NCBI GenBank assembly: GCA_965644315.1
Contig: CBFFRQ010000019.1
Span: forward strand, 310,001-374,000
DNA from: Caecitellus pseudoparvulus
Lineage: Eukaryota > Protista > Bigyra: Bicosoecida
Direction: 5' to 3'
DNA length: 64,000 nt
Below are positions 63,573 to 64,000 of the stretch, piece after piece. The notes under the pieces were generated by a model. The model made no database searches, was not told the origin of the DNA, and saw nothing but the letters and a program-made list of their open reading frames with translations. Numbering within the stretch: position 1 is the stretch's first letter; each line of letters opens with the position of its first letter. Made by a program: the position numbers and the translations under genes.

Positions 63573-64000
63573 TTATGATTTATATATAATATGAATTTTT
63601 TTATTTTTATTAATTTGATAAATTCCCCCGTATTCTTCATAATAGAATTTTTTAAAAATGTAGTTTAAAACGTCAATTTTATTCATAACAAATAAACAAT
63701 TTTTATTATTATTCATGAATTTATATATATCTAAATATATAGTTGTCCCGTCAGTATATTTTATTTTCTTATTTTTTCCTTTGAAAGTGTATGCGTATTC
63801 AGTATTACAAGAATTAAAATAAGGAGGGTCAAAATAATATAATATTTTCTTATTTTTATATTTTTTTTTAGTTTGTTTTAAAAAATCGTTAAGTTCTAAA
63901 TTAGAAAATTCACATTTTGAAAACATTTTAATATAATCGTCTTTCTTTTTTAGGAAATTATTTATTTTTGTTTCAAATTTATCAATTCCACAAATACCAA
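63573..64000 (-). CDS. N6-adenine DNA methyltransferase (Dam/D12-like), 3' part
   Basis: Catalytic motif YYFDPPY; the frame stays open to the window end. Confidence 0.8.
   Translation of the reverse strand, partial: GICGIDKFETKINNFLKKKDDYIKMFSKCEFSNLELNDFLKQTKKKYKNKKILYYFDPPYFNSCNTEYAYTFKGKNKKIKYTDGTTIYLDIYKFMNNNKNCLFVMNKIDVLNYIFKKFYYEEYGGIYQINKNKKIHIIYKS

Larger units (their letters stand above)
51891..64000. mobile_element. Endogenous virophage / Polinton-like element (EMALE-like), left part; probably two nested elements
   Basis: Abrupt GC-to-AT switch; intronless compact ORFs; SF3 helicase, PolB-like, rve integrase-chromodomain and MTase genes; about 650 bp non-coding terminal region. 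Left boundary uncertain by about 10 bp; capsid genes not in the window. Confidence 0.9.

Noticed and set aside
51891-64000. AT-rich block as bacterial contamination or organellar DNA
   Set aside because: No Shine-Dalgarno pattern or organellar genes seen; the gene set is typical of virophages/Polintons. A misassembly can only be excluded with reads.

Overview
Two sharply different compartments. (1) Positions 1 to ~51,890 are GC-rich, gene-dense eukaryotic nuclear DNA with short GT-AG introns. The composition and gene style fit a bicosoecid flagellate such as Cafeteria; this is an inference. About 22 genes can be read: exportin-1, FkbM methyltransferase, two intronless multi-TM hybrid histidine kinases, TMEM104-like and DMT transporters, BCKDHA, beta-carbonic anhydrase, KIF6, VTI1, XPG, an LMBR1-like protein, a nucleoside phosphorylase-deaminase fusion, anoctamin, a UFD1-zinc finger protein, HADHA, HIG1, a TAF10-like protein, a triple FABP-like protein, a GT4 glycosyltransferase, QCR8 and one gene cut by an insertion. 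(2) From ~51,890 to the window end the DNA is very AT-rich and intron-free, and encodes a mavirus/Polinton-type gene set: SF3 helicase, a short degenerate family-B DNA polymerase, rve integrase with chromodomain, PD-(D/E)xK nuclease and adenine methyltransferase. This fits an endogenous virophage (EMALE-like) integrated into a host CDS. The region holds two divergent integrases and two copies of a 187-aa P-loop gene. A second terminus-like sequence at ~59,296 interrupts a repeat-coding gene, suggesting one virophage nested inside another. Two promoter-like motifs (ACTTAAAGA and TCTA) partition the viral genes. No capsid genes are visible in this window. The most notable host feature is a probable methylthioinosine phosphorylase / methylthioadenosine deaminase fusion.
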